Source: Promethearchaeota archaeon (GTDB taxonomy: Archaea > Asgardarchaeota > Lokiarchaeia > Sigyniarchaeales > SOKP01). Taken from it: 30,627 nucleotides of DNA. The stretch lies in assembly GCA_016926735.1 (NCBI GenBank), contig JAFGOA010000044.1, positions 1 through 30,627 of the forward strand. Reading direction: 5' to 3'. Below, piece by piece: positions 1-9,529 of the stretch. Numbering within the stretch: position 1 is the stretch's first letter; each line of letters begins with the position of its first letter. The position numbers and the translations under genes are program-made. The notes beneath the pieces are model-generated. The model did no database searches, had not been told where the DNA came from, and worked only from the letters and a program-made list of their open reading frames with translations.

Positions 1-110
1 ATCTCTTTTATGTGAGCTTCATAATCTTTAGCTCTATGCTCGATAATTGCCCTTCGTAAGTCGCTAAACAACGTGCGATTATAATAGACAACCTCTTTTT
101 TTATGTTCAT
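1..110 (-). CDS. Partial CDS (N-terminus only, runs off the window), hypothetical protein
   Basis: Minus-strand ATG at 110 preceded by GTGAGGT (SD-like); frame MNIKKEVVYYNRTLFSDLRRAIIEHRAKDYEAHIKE is open to the window edge. Confidence 0.6.
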   Translation of the reverse strand, partial: MNIKKEVVYYNRTLFSDLRRAIIEHRAKDYEAHIKE

Positions 111-300
111 AATAGTACCTCACAGCCAGTTTTATACTATTGTATTGAGAGAATTATTTAAAGAAAAAATTAGGATAGGATGCAAAATCCAGTGATTATG
201 TCGCTTCATGAGTTTTATTTCTGAAAAGAATATTCCAAAAATCTCAATAGAAATAGATGTCATATCCTTTTTTTTAGTAAGGGTACTATTTGAACGAATC

Positions 301-3300
301 TTAAGAACCAATAAATAAATTTACTCTTTTTGTCTTTGCACTATAATATATGCGTTCAATACTAAGGTCATCTATGTCATGCCCCCATATACCGTATCGC
401 CCAAAACTCCGAGCTCTATTTAACATATTGGGTACGGTTCCGGGATCGCCTACATCTAACTCTTCCTCATCATATATTTTTTTATACCCCTCACAGATAC
501 AACGCCATAGATCCATTCTTGAAAACCCCCCTTTATTATAATATTTAAATCCGACTACAACAGAAAGAGGATAGTCAAAGTCGATAATGATTTTCTCATC
601 TGTAATAACAATTTCATCTGGATTTCGCAGGCAAGATCTTTTATCCTCAGGTGGATAGTCCGAAACTGAAAGAGAAAATCCTTTTAAGTTAAAACTCCCA
701 TCTTCCTTATATTCTATATCTGAATTTCCAACTATCGCCAGTTTCTCCTTATTTTTTAATGCTTCTGGGATTATAGTATCATAACATCTATTCAGTCCTA
801 AAAATTCAAGATTCTTAAGATGTACAATTGATTCTGGAAGTCTTGCTATTTGTGAATCATTATCTAAATTTAGAACTTGTAAGGAAACTAAATTTCCAAT
901 TGCATCTGGAATACATGTAAGAGGATTATTGCTTAGATATACTCTTTCCAATGTGTTTAGCTCTGTTATAGCTTCTGGGAAATTTGAGAAAGCATTATGG
1001 GAAAGATTCAATTCTTTAAGATGTATAAGATCTTTCATGGAAGATGGAAGGGTCTCCAATGAATTCCAGCTTAAATCTAACTTACGCAAATTTTTTAATT
1101 TAAGGATATTATCTGGAAACTCTTTCATATTTGTTTCATATAAAGATAATTGTTCAAGGAGATGTAAGTCTTTAACTGAACTTGGTAATGACGTCATATT
1201 TTCATTCGAACCCAAGAGCAACTCCTTAAGATTTGAGAGCTCTGAAATGGATTCTGGAAGTTCTTGGATATTATTGTCCCATAGACTTAATTTTTGAAGA
1301 GATTTGAGATTTATAAGCGATGTTGGGAATTGTTGTAAATTATTATTCTCTAAATAGAGGGTTTTAAGCGTTTTTATTTCAGAAATTTCATTTGGAATTG
1401 ACTCTAATTTGGAATGAGAATTATGTCCGCAGAGGCTAAGAGTCTCTAGATTTCTAAGGTTTCTTATTGAATCTGGAATCACCTCTAGAGTTTTATCACC
1501 TATAATTAGGTCTGTGAGAAATTCAAAATTAAAAAGTACGTCTGGGAGTGTTGAAATTCCACAGTTTATTAATGCCAATCCAACTACAACCCCATTTTTA
1601 ACCTTTACTCCTGAAATGTCATACGACAAATCATAAACGTATGGAATCTTACGTCCTATAGTCCCTTCTAATTCCAATATAAAATGCAGTTGCTCTTGAT
1701 TTGGTGGTTCTAATCGTGATTTGGGAATTGTATCCTTTGTATTTGATGTAACATCCTTCTTTATATAATATATTTCATGAGAATAATTCATAGAAAGGCA
1801 GAATTCACTTAAAGGAAGGGATGTCTCTTTTTTATCAGCATTAAATCCTATTATTATATTTTTAAACTCAGGCAGATTTTTTATGTTATTAAAATCGGGA
1901 TCATCTTCAGCAGATTCCCTGTATTTTGAATTCTTTTCTATTGCTTTCTGAAGAAACTGTAATGCTTTTTCATGGTGATTTTTCAGAGATTTGAGACGAG
2001 CATACATATAATAAGCAGTAGCATAGAAATGGGTCTCACTATCGAGCTCTATTATTTTTTCCAGCCATTTCTCTGCTTCTGTATACTCTTTTAGTTCCAT
2101 AAACACGAATCCCAAATCCTCCCATGCTTCATAATACTTAGGACGAAGTTCTACAGCCTTTAATAAAAGATTTTTTGCGTCTATAAACTTATCCTCATTA
2201 ATGAGTGTTTTTGCTTCTACGTACTTCCTTTTTGCTTCTTTTTCCCTCTCCGTAATCATAAAATTATTGATATTTCTAAAAAAGCGTTCTATATTTTCAG
2301 AACCTTGAAATTGGTAGGGAAGATTTGTCCATTTAAAAATTATTTTGGTTAAATTTGTTAATTCTTTTAGTCTTTGTAATTCACTTACCTCACAAAATTT
2401 TTTGTTATATGAGAAATCTATTATTTCAAGAGAGAAAAGATGTTCAAGACCACTAAGGCTCTCAATCTTATTTTCTCTTAAATTTAATACTCTAAGGCTT
2501 CTTAATGGTTCTAATCCTTTAATATCTGTAATTTTATTCTTGCTGAGATCTAAAATCTCTAAATTCTTTAGGTCGCTTAATCCTTTTATGTCTGAAATAT
2601 CTTCTATATTTCTCTTTTGAATTCTTAAGGTATTGTTAATAACCAAAAAGAATTCCCCCTTATATGTTACAAAGCTATATTCGTCTAAGATATTATAATT
2701 CTTAAGACGTTTTAGTAGATTCGCACAGCTTTGCTTAATTTCCTTATCTATAATGAGATCCGTTGTATATTGTTTTGTAGATTCTAGTAAAAAAAATTGA
2801 AACATCTCAAGTAAAAAGGCATACACATCAGCAGGCAAAGTTGCTGTGAATGAACTAAATTCATTTTTATTTAGAGTCAAAAATCTGGAAAGAATAGGTG
2901 TAAGTCTGCTAATCATCGCTTTATCAGAATCCGTATACGCTTTAACGATTATATTTTTTAACGTATCGCAGATCTTTTTTTCATGGGACGTAAATAATGT
3001 AATGAAATTTTGATCAGTAAGATACTCCAACCATCGTATATGAATTATTTCAAACAGAAATTCATATGCCAGATGAAGGACTATGTCATTTAACACTTGA
3101 TTATGCTTCAAAAAGTCAAAACCTTCATAATACCATTGTAATATATGATTAGCCTTTTCAAGTGGTCTATCGCAATACCCTTCAATAAGAGGAATAGGTG
3201 AAAATATTTTCTCTAAATGATTTGTTTCTGACGATCCAATCACATCCAGCCATTCTTCACCGTAAATAGGTATAGGAGCAGACTCCACAATAATTCTTAA

Positions 3301-4269
3301 GAGATCGTCAGTAGAACATTTATCTATAAACTCTGTAAATCTTTGTATAAATTCACTAGGTGCCTTTTTTTTAGAGATATTGAATAGCTTAGCTACCCAA
3401 TCTTGACGTTGTTCAAAAATTTCTATATACAATTGTTCATCTTTAAGAAAATTCGATATGAAAACAAAAATGTTCAATTTTTTACTGGTAAATAATCTTT
3501 TAGGATTTACCAATCGATATAAATCCGAATTAATTAAAACAATGAATATCTTTACGTCAGCACTTTCCATAAAATCTGCTATTCTATTCTGAGCAGCCTG
3601 AGGAGGATTACTAAATATTTTAGGAGAAACGATAGAATATTCTTCCCAATACCAAGACTCATCAAAATCCTTCAGAATTGAAATAAGAAATCCCAAATAA
3701 TCTAGTTCTGGGTCTTGAAGAATTTCTCTAAAATCTTCCTTAGTAATATAATAAATGAAATCGTCTTCAATAAAATCAATTAACTTTTCTTTCTCTCTTT
3801 GAATAACAATGTTATATACAATATCCTTTAAGGATGGAGAAAAACTTTCTTTATATTTTTCAATAATAGTATCAAAAAACCACAAATGAAACCAAGATTT
3901 AAAACGCTCTTCATTACTATATTTTGATTTAATTTCAAAATAAGCGTCCATTACTTTCCTACTGGGGATTTTTAGAGACAGTTCTTTATATTGGTCAAAA
4001 ATTTCGTGTATAGTATATATTAAAAAATCAATATCTCTGAGGGTAAGCATTCCTATGAAGATTTTCTCAAAGATATTTACTTTATGGTTCATTATCTCTA
4101 GGAAATCCTCACGAGTCGTTTTCTTAATTAAATCTTCAATTGCGATGTCGCAAATCGTCTCTATATCATTTTCTTCTAAAGCCTGTTCAATCTTACCTCG
4201 AAAATAGCTTGATTCTGATATTTTCTTTTCTTCTGAACCGTTCATTTCTGTCTTATTATATAATAACAT
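301..4269 (-). CDS. Large LRR/TPR multidomain protein: helical N-terminus, LRR, TPR, second LRR, uncharacterised C-terminal domain
   Basis: LRR block LKNLEILDLSKNKITDIKGL (~aa 550-650); TPR block AWEDLGFVFMELKEYTEAEKWLEKIIELD ending AEDDPDFNNIK (~aa 680-805); about 11 LxxLxLxxNxLxxLP repeats (~aa 895-1170); C-terminal GRYGIWGHDIDDL segment. Confidence 0.9.
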   Translation of the reverse strand: MLLYNKTEMNGSEEKKISESSYFRGKIEQALEENDIETICDIAIEDLIKKTTREDFLEIMNHKVNIFEKIFIGMLTLRDIDFLIYTIHEIFDQYKELSLKIPSRKVMDAYFEIKSKYSNEERFKSWFHLWFFDTIIEKYKESFSPSLKDIVYNIVIQREKEKLIDFIEDDFIYYITKEDFREILQDPELDYLGFLISILKDFDESWYWEEYSIVSPKIFSNPPQAAQNRIADFMESADVKIFIVLINSDLYRLVNPKRLFTSKKLNIFVFISNFLKDEQLYIEIFEQRQDWVAKLFNISKKKAPSEFIQRFTEFIDKCSTDDLLRIIVESAPIPIYGEEWLDVIGSSETNHLEKIFSPIPLIEGYCDRPLEKANHILQWYYEGFDFLKHNQVLNDIVLHLAYEFLFEIIHIRWLEYLTDQNFITLFTSHEKKICDTLKNIIVKAYTDSDKAMISRLTPILSRFLTLNKNEFSSFTATLPADVYAFLLEMFQFFLLESTKQYTTDLIIDKEIKQSCANLLKRLKNYNILDEYSFVTYKGEFFLVINNTLRIQKRNIEDISDIKGLSDLKNLEILDLSKNKITDIKGLEPLRSLRVLNLRENKIESLSGLEHLFSLEIIDFSYNKKFCEVSELQRLKELTNLTKIIFKWTNLPYQFQGSENIERFFRNINNFMITEREKEAKRKYVEAKTLINEDKFIDAKNLLLKAVELRPKYYEAWEDLGFVFMELKEYTEAEKWLEKIIELDSETHFYATAYYMYARLKSLKNHHEKALQFLQKAIEKNSKYRESAEDDPDFNNIKNLPEFKNIIIGFNADKKETSLPLSEFCLSMNYSHEIYYIKKDVTSNTKDTIPKSRLEPPNQEQLHFILELEGTIGRKIPYVYDLSYDISGVKVKNGVVVGLALINCGISTLPDVLFNFEFLTDLIIGDKTLEVIPDSIRNLRNLETLSLCGHNSHSKLESIPNEISEIKTLKTLYLENNNLQQFPTSLINLKSLQKLSLWDNNIQELPESISELSNLKELLLGSNENMTSLPSSVKDLHLLEQLSLYETNMKEFPDNILKLKNLRKLDLSWNSLETLPSSMKDLIHLKELNLSHNAFSNFPEAITELNTLERVYLSNNPLTCIPDAIGNLVSLQVLNLDNDSQIARLPESIVHLKNLEFLGLNRCYDTIIPEALKNKEKLAIVGNSDIEYKEDGSFNLKGFSLSVSDYPPEDKRSCLRNPDEIVITDEKIIIDFDYPLSVVVGFKYYNKGGFSRMDLWRCICEGYKKIYDEEELDVGDPGTVPNMLNRARSFGRYGIWGHDIDDLSIERIYYSAKTKRVNLFIGS

Positions 4270-4493
4270 ATTTATAAATAAAAAAAACCACTTTTCATTT
4301 TTTCACAATCTGCTATTTTTTTTTTAAAATACTGAAGGGATAAGTATATCTATCGAAAAAATCTTATTTTTTGTTTATTTTAAAAGTGATAATGTATTTA
4401 GGGTAATTTTTTAAAGACCATTCAAAATCTTGATTCTTTTTTTGTATAATCATATATTAAGATCAATAAATTCAACCACTATTTTATTGAATG

Positions 4494-7400
4494 TTAATAG
4501 AATTTATCAAATATCACAAGTGTTTTGTTTACAACTTCTATTAATTTGGATATATTATTAATAAATTCTGTTTTGTTAAGAATACCGCCATGACCGCTAG
4601 GATTTCTGGTAGGTGCCGCTAATTTTGCATATTCTTGAAATGTCTTTAAATTTTCGAGATTTACTATTTCTAAAAGTTTTTTCATAATGTCAGCTAATAC
4701 AGGGTCTAAATTTGGTTTTAATAAATCACCTATTAAATGTTCAATATGCCCTATTGACATATGTTGTCCATTCCATACTTTCTGTAATCCAAAGGATAAT
4801 TTATTCCAATCATCTCTAGGAATTTTAGAGCCTGGAGTATAATGTTGTTCAAGCACATCTTTAACCAATTTTGATACGGTTGCATTAAAACAGCAATCTA
4901 CTCCATTAGTTAGTTCCAGAAATATGATTCCGGTATTTTCAGTTAGATTTTCAATTGTATTCAAATTTTTAATAAGCTGTTCAGCTAACTTAAAATGTTT
5001 TAGAGCATCCGTCTCATGTACTATATTCAGATTAATGATCCCTCGTATGTGCATATCCATAAGTGTACTATGAGCAAGCATAATTTTAGTTATTTTTTCG
5101 TCACTATTTTTAAAATGATACTCAGCATCAAGATATATTTCCTTAGCTTTAATATAATTTAAGCGGAATTGGTACATTTTAGCTAGATTTAACCAAAATG
5201 TAGGATGATCAGGATCTATCTCAATTGATTTTTCAAAATATTCAATTGCAGTGTCTAATTGGATTTGATCGCTATATACCGTTCCAATATTGCATAGGAG
5301 TGAAGCTTTAAATTTTTCGTTATGGACGATATCTAACGCTTTATTAAAATATTTATGAGCTGCTTCAAAATACCCTAAATCAGCTAAAGATAACCCTATA
5401 TCACAATAAATTATATCCAGTTTTTCTACAAATTTTGTTATATATTGAGATTCGCTCAGCATCTTAATAATATGTTTATCAAACTCTTTTTCTTTGAACC
5501 AAATCATTAAAAATTGGAAGAGTGATTTGATATTACCTGAAACTTTTTGATATGTTGAATGATTTTCGATATGATATAATTTAAATAATGCATTACTTGC
5601 GAGCGAGTATTCTTGCATGAATAAATACAAAATAATAAGATATTTCTTATAATAGGTGTCGTCCGGTTTAAAAAATAGAGCATCATTAAGATAACCAATA
5701 CTAGTTTCAAAATCCTTTAAATACAGGAAAGGAAAAGCAAGTGTTTCACTAATTAATCTTAATCCCTCACGATCCCGCTCATTAATAGCCAATTGATGGA
5801 TAAGTGGTTGATATTTTAATATATATCTAAAACTGGCCATTGATTGGGAATTGAGTCCCCTATTAAGATATTTAACTAGTTCTAAAAAGTTGTCGAAATA
5901 AAAAAGCTCCTCTTCTGTATATTTTGAGAATTGTTTTTTTCTTAAATCAGCATATAAAATATAGAGTTCATACCTTAAAGCAATTAAAGGCTCTCGTTCT
6001 AATATTTCTACTGAAACAAAATCTTGTATAAAATTCAAATTATCTTTATAATGGAAGCTTTCAGAGATCATTAAACGGGGAGGAAACAATGAGAAAACTA
6101 TTTCAAAAGGATTAGTATCTTTTGACTTCATTAATTGCTTAGGCTCTAATTGAATCCTATTTAAGATTTCCCTTTCTTTTCTAAAATTTTTATTTAATCT
6201 ATACAGAATACTCTTTATAGTTAAGATCTTATATTGGATCTTTACATCCTCTGATAATTCTATCATCAGATCATAAATTTGATTCACAAACTTGAATATA
6301 TTTTTCTTTTCTGATTTAATACTAATTGTAGCAAGTAAATAAAGTAGTTCAATTTGGATTCTCGAACTTGGATCAAGAATTGAAATTAATACATCTTTTG
6401 ATTTTTTATAGGATTCCCGACATTCTTGCAGAAAGGGAATTCTCTCTGAAAATAGTAATTGAAAAGCTTCTTCACATTCATTTTGTTCTACATAACTCTT
6501 GCATAAGTATTTAATTAGGATAAAGGTTTGAATATCTTTCTTAATATTACGTGATTCTAAATAATATCTCATTAATTCTCGAATTTCTTGTAAAAATCCA
6601 AAAAAGTACCATTCAGGCAAATTTCCAATGAAATTTGAAAGAGTGTATCTCTCTTTATTATCAATTATGAAGGTAATAAAATGATCTATTCCATAAAATT
6701 TTTCTAAAAATTCTGTTCTTTTAGAAAATGATAAGAAATTAAAATAGATGAGGCTTACAATTTTTAGAATGTCTCTTTTAACCTTCACAGTCTCTAAAGG
6801 ATTTAATTCTTTTCCAATGATATCCTGAAAGTGTTCGAAATATTCATTTATTTCACTATTTAATTCATTATAATCCATAGTATCTACAATATCTTGCATT
6901 TGTTCGCAAACTAAGATATTCCATCGCTGAGCATCAATGTAATCTAAAAAATATGGATCTAATAATTCGGAAACTTCTTTTAACGCTGCTAGATAATAAT
7001 GATGCCCATTTCTATTTAAACCATATGGATTACTTGTCCAGAATAAATAATGACCATGAAAATAACCCGTAATAAGTTCCATTAGCATTGATTCTGATGC
7101 ATAAGATTCTTGGCTTTTTCCAAAGTTCATATAATATCTCCACTTCTTATAGAACCAGTATTTTTTAGATTCTGTACTGAAAAAGGGAGATGTAAAAAAA
7201 TCTGGATGACTAGAACTAATCATATTTTCAATTTTAACCTTATCCTCATAATAATTTAAATCTTTTTGAAGCTCTTTATCTATCTCTTGAGGATAGGTAA
7301 AAAACTCTTTTTCTTGAAGGAATGGTATAATAATTCGCTTAATTTTTCTTAAAGATTCTTTATCATTGCCTAATTCAGCATATATTCTACATTTAAATCC

Positions 7401-7604
7401 AGGGTCGAGTCTAAGTTTTTTTAGATATAAATTCTGATATAACATATGTTTACCAAACTCTTTATAATCTAAAGTCTTTGATTCTTCCATTTGTTTTATC
7501 CATTGAATACGTTGATAAAAGATATATTGTTCCAAAATGAAATATGGGTCAAATTTTTCTTTTAATTCGCTTTTCTTATGTTGCTTACTATTTTTAGATT
7601 TCAT
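4494..7604 (-). CDS. TPR-repeat protein with putative C-terminal HEPN RNase domain
   Basis: TPRs (IYCDIGLSLADLGYFEAAHKYFNKALD; LLCNIGTVYSDQIQLDTAIEYFEKSIEIDPDHPTFWLNLA); helical C-terminus with Rx4H motif RNPSGH (nt 4590-4607). Confidence 0.75.
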   Translation of the reverse strand: MKSKNSKQHKKSELKEKFDPYFILEQYIFYQRIQWIKQMEESKTLDYKEFGKHMLYQNLYLKKLRLDPGFKCRIYAELGNDKESLRKIKRIIIPFLQEKEFFTYPQEIDKELQKDLNYYEDKVKIENMISSSHPDFFTSPFFSTESKKYWFYKKWRYYMNFGKSQESYASESMLMELITGYFHGHYLFWTSNPYGLNRNGHHYYLAALKEVSELLDPYFLDYIDAQRWNILVCEQMQDIVDTMDYNELNSEINEYFEHFQDIIGKELNPLETVKVKRDILKIVSLIYFNFLSFSKRTEFLEKFYGIDHFITFIIDNKERYTLSNFIGNLPEWYFFGFLQEIRELMRYYLESRNIKKDIQTFILIKYLCKSYVEQNECEEAFQLLFSERIPFLQECRESYKKSKDVLISILDPSSRIQIELLYLLATISIKSEKKNIFKFVNQIYDLMIELSEDVKIQYKILTIKSILYRLNKNFRKEREILNRIQLEPKQLMKSKDTNPFEIVFSLFPPRLMISESFHYKDNLNFIQDFVSVEILEREPLIALRYELYILYADLRKKQFSKYTEEELFYFDNFLELVKYLNRGLNSQSMASFRYILKYQPLIHQLAINERDREGLRLISETLAFPFLYLKDFETSIGYLNDALFFKPDDTYYKKYLIILYLFMQEYSLASNALFKLYHIENHSTYQKVSGNIKSLFQFLMIWFKEKEFDKHIIKMLSESQYITKFVEKLDIIYCDIGLSLADLGYFEAAHKYFNKALDIVHNEKFKASLLCNIGTVYSDQIQLDTAIEYFEKSIEIDPDHPTFWLNLAKMYQFRLNYIKAKEIYLDAEYHFKNSDEKITKIMLAHSTLMDMHIRGIINLNIVHETDALKHFKLAEQLIKNLNTIENLTENTGIIFLELTNGVDCCFNATVSKLVKDVLEQHYTPGSKIPRDDWNKLSFGLQKVWNGQHMSIGHIEHLIGDLLKPNLDPVLADIMKKLLEIVNLENLKTFQEYAKLAAPTRNPSGHGGILNKTEFINNISKLIEVVNKTLVIFDKFY

Positions 7605-7833
7605 GATTGTCTTAATAAATATAATTATTATATAAATTATTCCTTGGATTTTTATATCTGCTATTCAAAATAACCAATCTTTATCATCTAATTGCAAAAT
7701 TACACTTATTAGAAGATATATATTAGTATGTTCCAATTATTAATGTGGAATGGTAATATTTTTTTCTTTGATCATTTAGTTCTCCTCAGATTATTATGTA
7801 TTGTACTAATGATAATTAAAATTAATTAATTTA

Positions 7834-8649
7834 TCACCAAGCATAGAGACCCCCTCTTTGGATGTATTTTTTAGGATTATATGTTATTTCATTTAAGGCA
7901 CTTTCTATACCAACTTTAAAGATCGGTCTACTGAAAATATAAGAATTATTCGTATTTTGATAAAATCTCCCATAAGGATCTATCATAAGATATGATTCTA
8001 TCATCATTTGGTTAGTTTCAGCTATAGGTTTTAAGAATAGATGCCTGTTTAAAAAATTCTCAAATTCAGTATTAGAAATTAATAAGTTAGCTATATAGGG
8101 ATGATTTTGATTTTTAATTTCTAGGATTTGGAAGACTTTCCATCTTTCTGGTTTTATCCTTTTAATTAACCAAGATAAATCCTCCTGATAGTTTAATCTA
8201 TTTACAACTGTGTTTATTTTTAGTTTGATCCCAGTTTTATGAATTAAGACTGATCTTTTTATAATTTTTTTTACTAAATTTCCATTTCCTCGCCCTAAAT
8301 TGAAATTAGTTAATTCTAATCCTGAATCTATGCTAAGACCAATCCAATCAATAGATTTGCTAAATTCTTTCAGGAAATTCTTAGTAATTCCGGTTCCATT
8401 TGATATTATTGAGGTAATTAATCCTAAATTTTTACTATATTTTAGTAGATCTCCCAGAAATGGACTTAGAGAGGGTTCTCCACCAGCAAAATTAATTTTT
8501 TTAATGCCTGCATTTGAGATATCATTAATAATTTTAATACATTGATTGAAGGATAATTTAAGATTAGAACTTTCAAAGCGTGCAAAGCAATATTTACACT
8601 TAAAATTGCAATAAGGCCAAAAATGGAAATTAATACTTTCTAATACCAT
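7834..8649 (-). CDS. pVip: Viperin-family antiviral radical SAM enzyme (ddhNTP synthase)
   Basis: SINFHFWPYCNFKCKYCF (CxxxCxxC), KINFAGGEP, KLKINTVV, RWKVFQ, SYLMIDPYGRFYQN and C-terminal RGGLYAW are viperin family motifs. Confidence 0.95.
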   Translation of the reverse strand: MVLESINFHFWPYCNFKCKYCFARFESSNLKLSFNQCIKIINDISNAGIKKINFAGGEPSLSPFLGDLLKYSKNLGLITSIISNGTGITKNFLKEFSKSIDWIGLSIDSGLELTNFNLGRGNGNLVKKIIKRSVLIHKTGIKLKINTVVNRLNYQEDLSWLIKRIKPERWKVFQILEIKNQNHPYIANLLISNTEFENFLNRHLFLKPIAETNQMMIESYLMIDPYGRFYQNTNNSYIFSRPIFKVGIESALNEITYNPKKYIQRGGLYAW

Positions 8650-8682
8650 AAATTAAGTATTAATTTTACCCTTAAAAATTAG

Positions 8683-8702
8683 TCTTTAATGGCAATTAAA
8701 GA
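8683..8702. promoter_or_regulatory. Palindromic operator candidate TCTTTAAT-N4-ATTAAAGA
   Basis: Perfect 8-bp inverted repeat (8683-8690 and 8695-8702) in the divergent spacer between viperin and wHTH-CARF; a third ATTAAAGA half-site lies at 8718-8725. Confidence 0.7.
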
Positions 8703-8704
8703 GT

Positions 8705-8712
8705 ATATAAAA
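8705..8712 (-). promoter_or_regulatory. Putative TATA box of viperin
   Basis: Minus strand reads TTTATAT(A) about 55 nt upstream of the viperin ATG, immediately upstream of the palindrome. Confidence 0.45.
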
Positions 8713-8720
8713 CCACTATT

Positions 8721-8737
8721 AAAGAAATGTTTATAAA
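8721..8737 (+). promoter_or_regulatory. Putative BRE/TATA of the wHTH-CARF gene
   Basis: Purine-rich AAAGAAA followed by TTTATAAA (8730-8737), 22-29 nt upstream of ATG 8759; spacing fits a leaderless archaeal transcript. Confidence 0.55.
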
Positions 8738-8758
8738 TTCACAAACTAATACTTTATT

Positions 8759-9478
8759 ATGAAGATAAGTCTAACAAAGGAAGATTTTTCTGAAAGACAA
8801 ATTCATATTCTAGATTTATTATTCGAAAAAGAATATCAACAGAAGAATCTCCAAGAAGCTTTAAAAACTACAGCACCAAATCTATATTATCACCTAAATA
8901 AATTAGAGGAGTTAGACTTAGTTAAAAAAAATACTTTATATGAAGTAGGAAATGTAAAAATTAATATGATTTCATTAAATCCTGCTTCACGTCAGCAAGT
9001 TAGAAAATTAATTGGCAAAGAAGTCAGTAATTATGTATTAATTACGGGATTTGGAGAATTAAAGACGGGATATAGAGTTCCGGATTTGGTTTATAACATT
9101 TTAATAAAATATCATTATCCAATATCTCGTGTAATTTGTTTTACTTCTCAAGATGCAAAATCTAAAAGAATGGAATTTAAAGAGCAGGAAAATTTAATCG
9201 ATATCGATGAATTTTTTGTATATCCTTATGAAGATTATCGATTTATTGAATCCGGATTTTTTCAATCTATTGAAATAAAAATTAGCGAAGAGATGGAGAC
9301 TGCTAACATTCTTATAGATTTAACTCCATTGAGTAAATTATTTTCATTTAAATTACTTGAACTCGCAAATAAATATCAGATTCCTTGCGTATATCTTGGC
9401 ATGGATAAGCAAGGTAACGATAAATTATATTGGATGTCAAATATGAAAATTGAGGGAAAAATTGAGACATTTGATTAA
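8759..9478 (+). CDS. Transcription regulator: N-terminal winged HTH plus C-terminal CARF-like domain
   Basis: wHTH: RQIHILDLL...QKNLQEALKTTAPNLYYHLNKLEELDLVKK. CARF-like Rossmannoid pattern: VLITGFG, RVICFTSQDA, ILIDLTPLSKLFS (cf. DxTGGxK), IPCVYL. Confidence 0.75.
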   Translation: MKISLTKEDFSERQIHILDLLFEKEYQQKNLQEALKTTAPNLYYHLNKLEELDLVKKNTLYEVGNVKINMISLNPASRQQVRKLIGKEVSNYVLITGFGELKTGYRVPDLVYNILIKYHYPISRVICFTSQDAKSKRMEFKEQENLIDIDEFFVYPYEDYRFIESGFFQSIEIKISEEMETANILIDLTPLSKLFSFKLLELANKYQIPCVYLGMDKQGNDKLYWMSNMKIEGKIETFD

Positions 9479-9529
9479 AAAAGGTGATGAAAAATACATT
9501 TATCAGGATATGAATTTAACACAAAAAAA

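Noticed and set aside
350-2620. Plus-strand ORFs 350-541, 929-1297 and 2345-2620
   Set aside because: Antisense shadows of the LRR gene; they show no independent motifs.
7605-7785. SD-like AGGAGA plus ATG at 7775 (minus), in frame with the TPR-HEPN start
   Set aside because: Interrupted by TAA TAA and TGA within 57 codons; the frame match can be chance. At most a remnant.
8759-9478. Calling the regulator Csa3 or inferring a CRISPR-Cas locus
   Set aside because: Domain order is reversed relative to Csa3, and I saw no cas genes or repeat-spacer array in the window.
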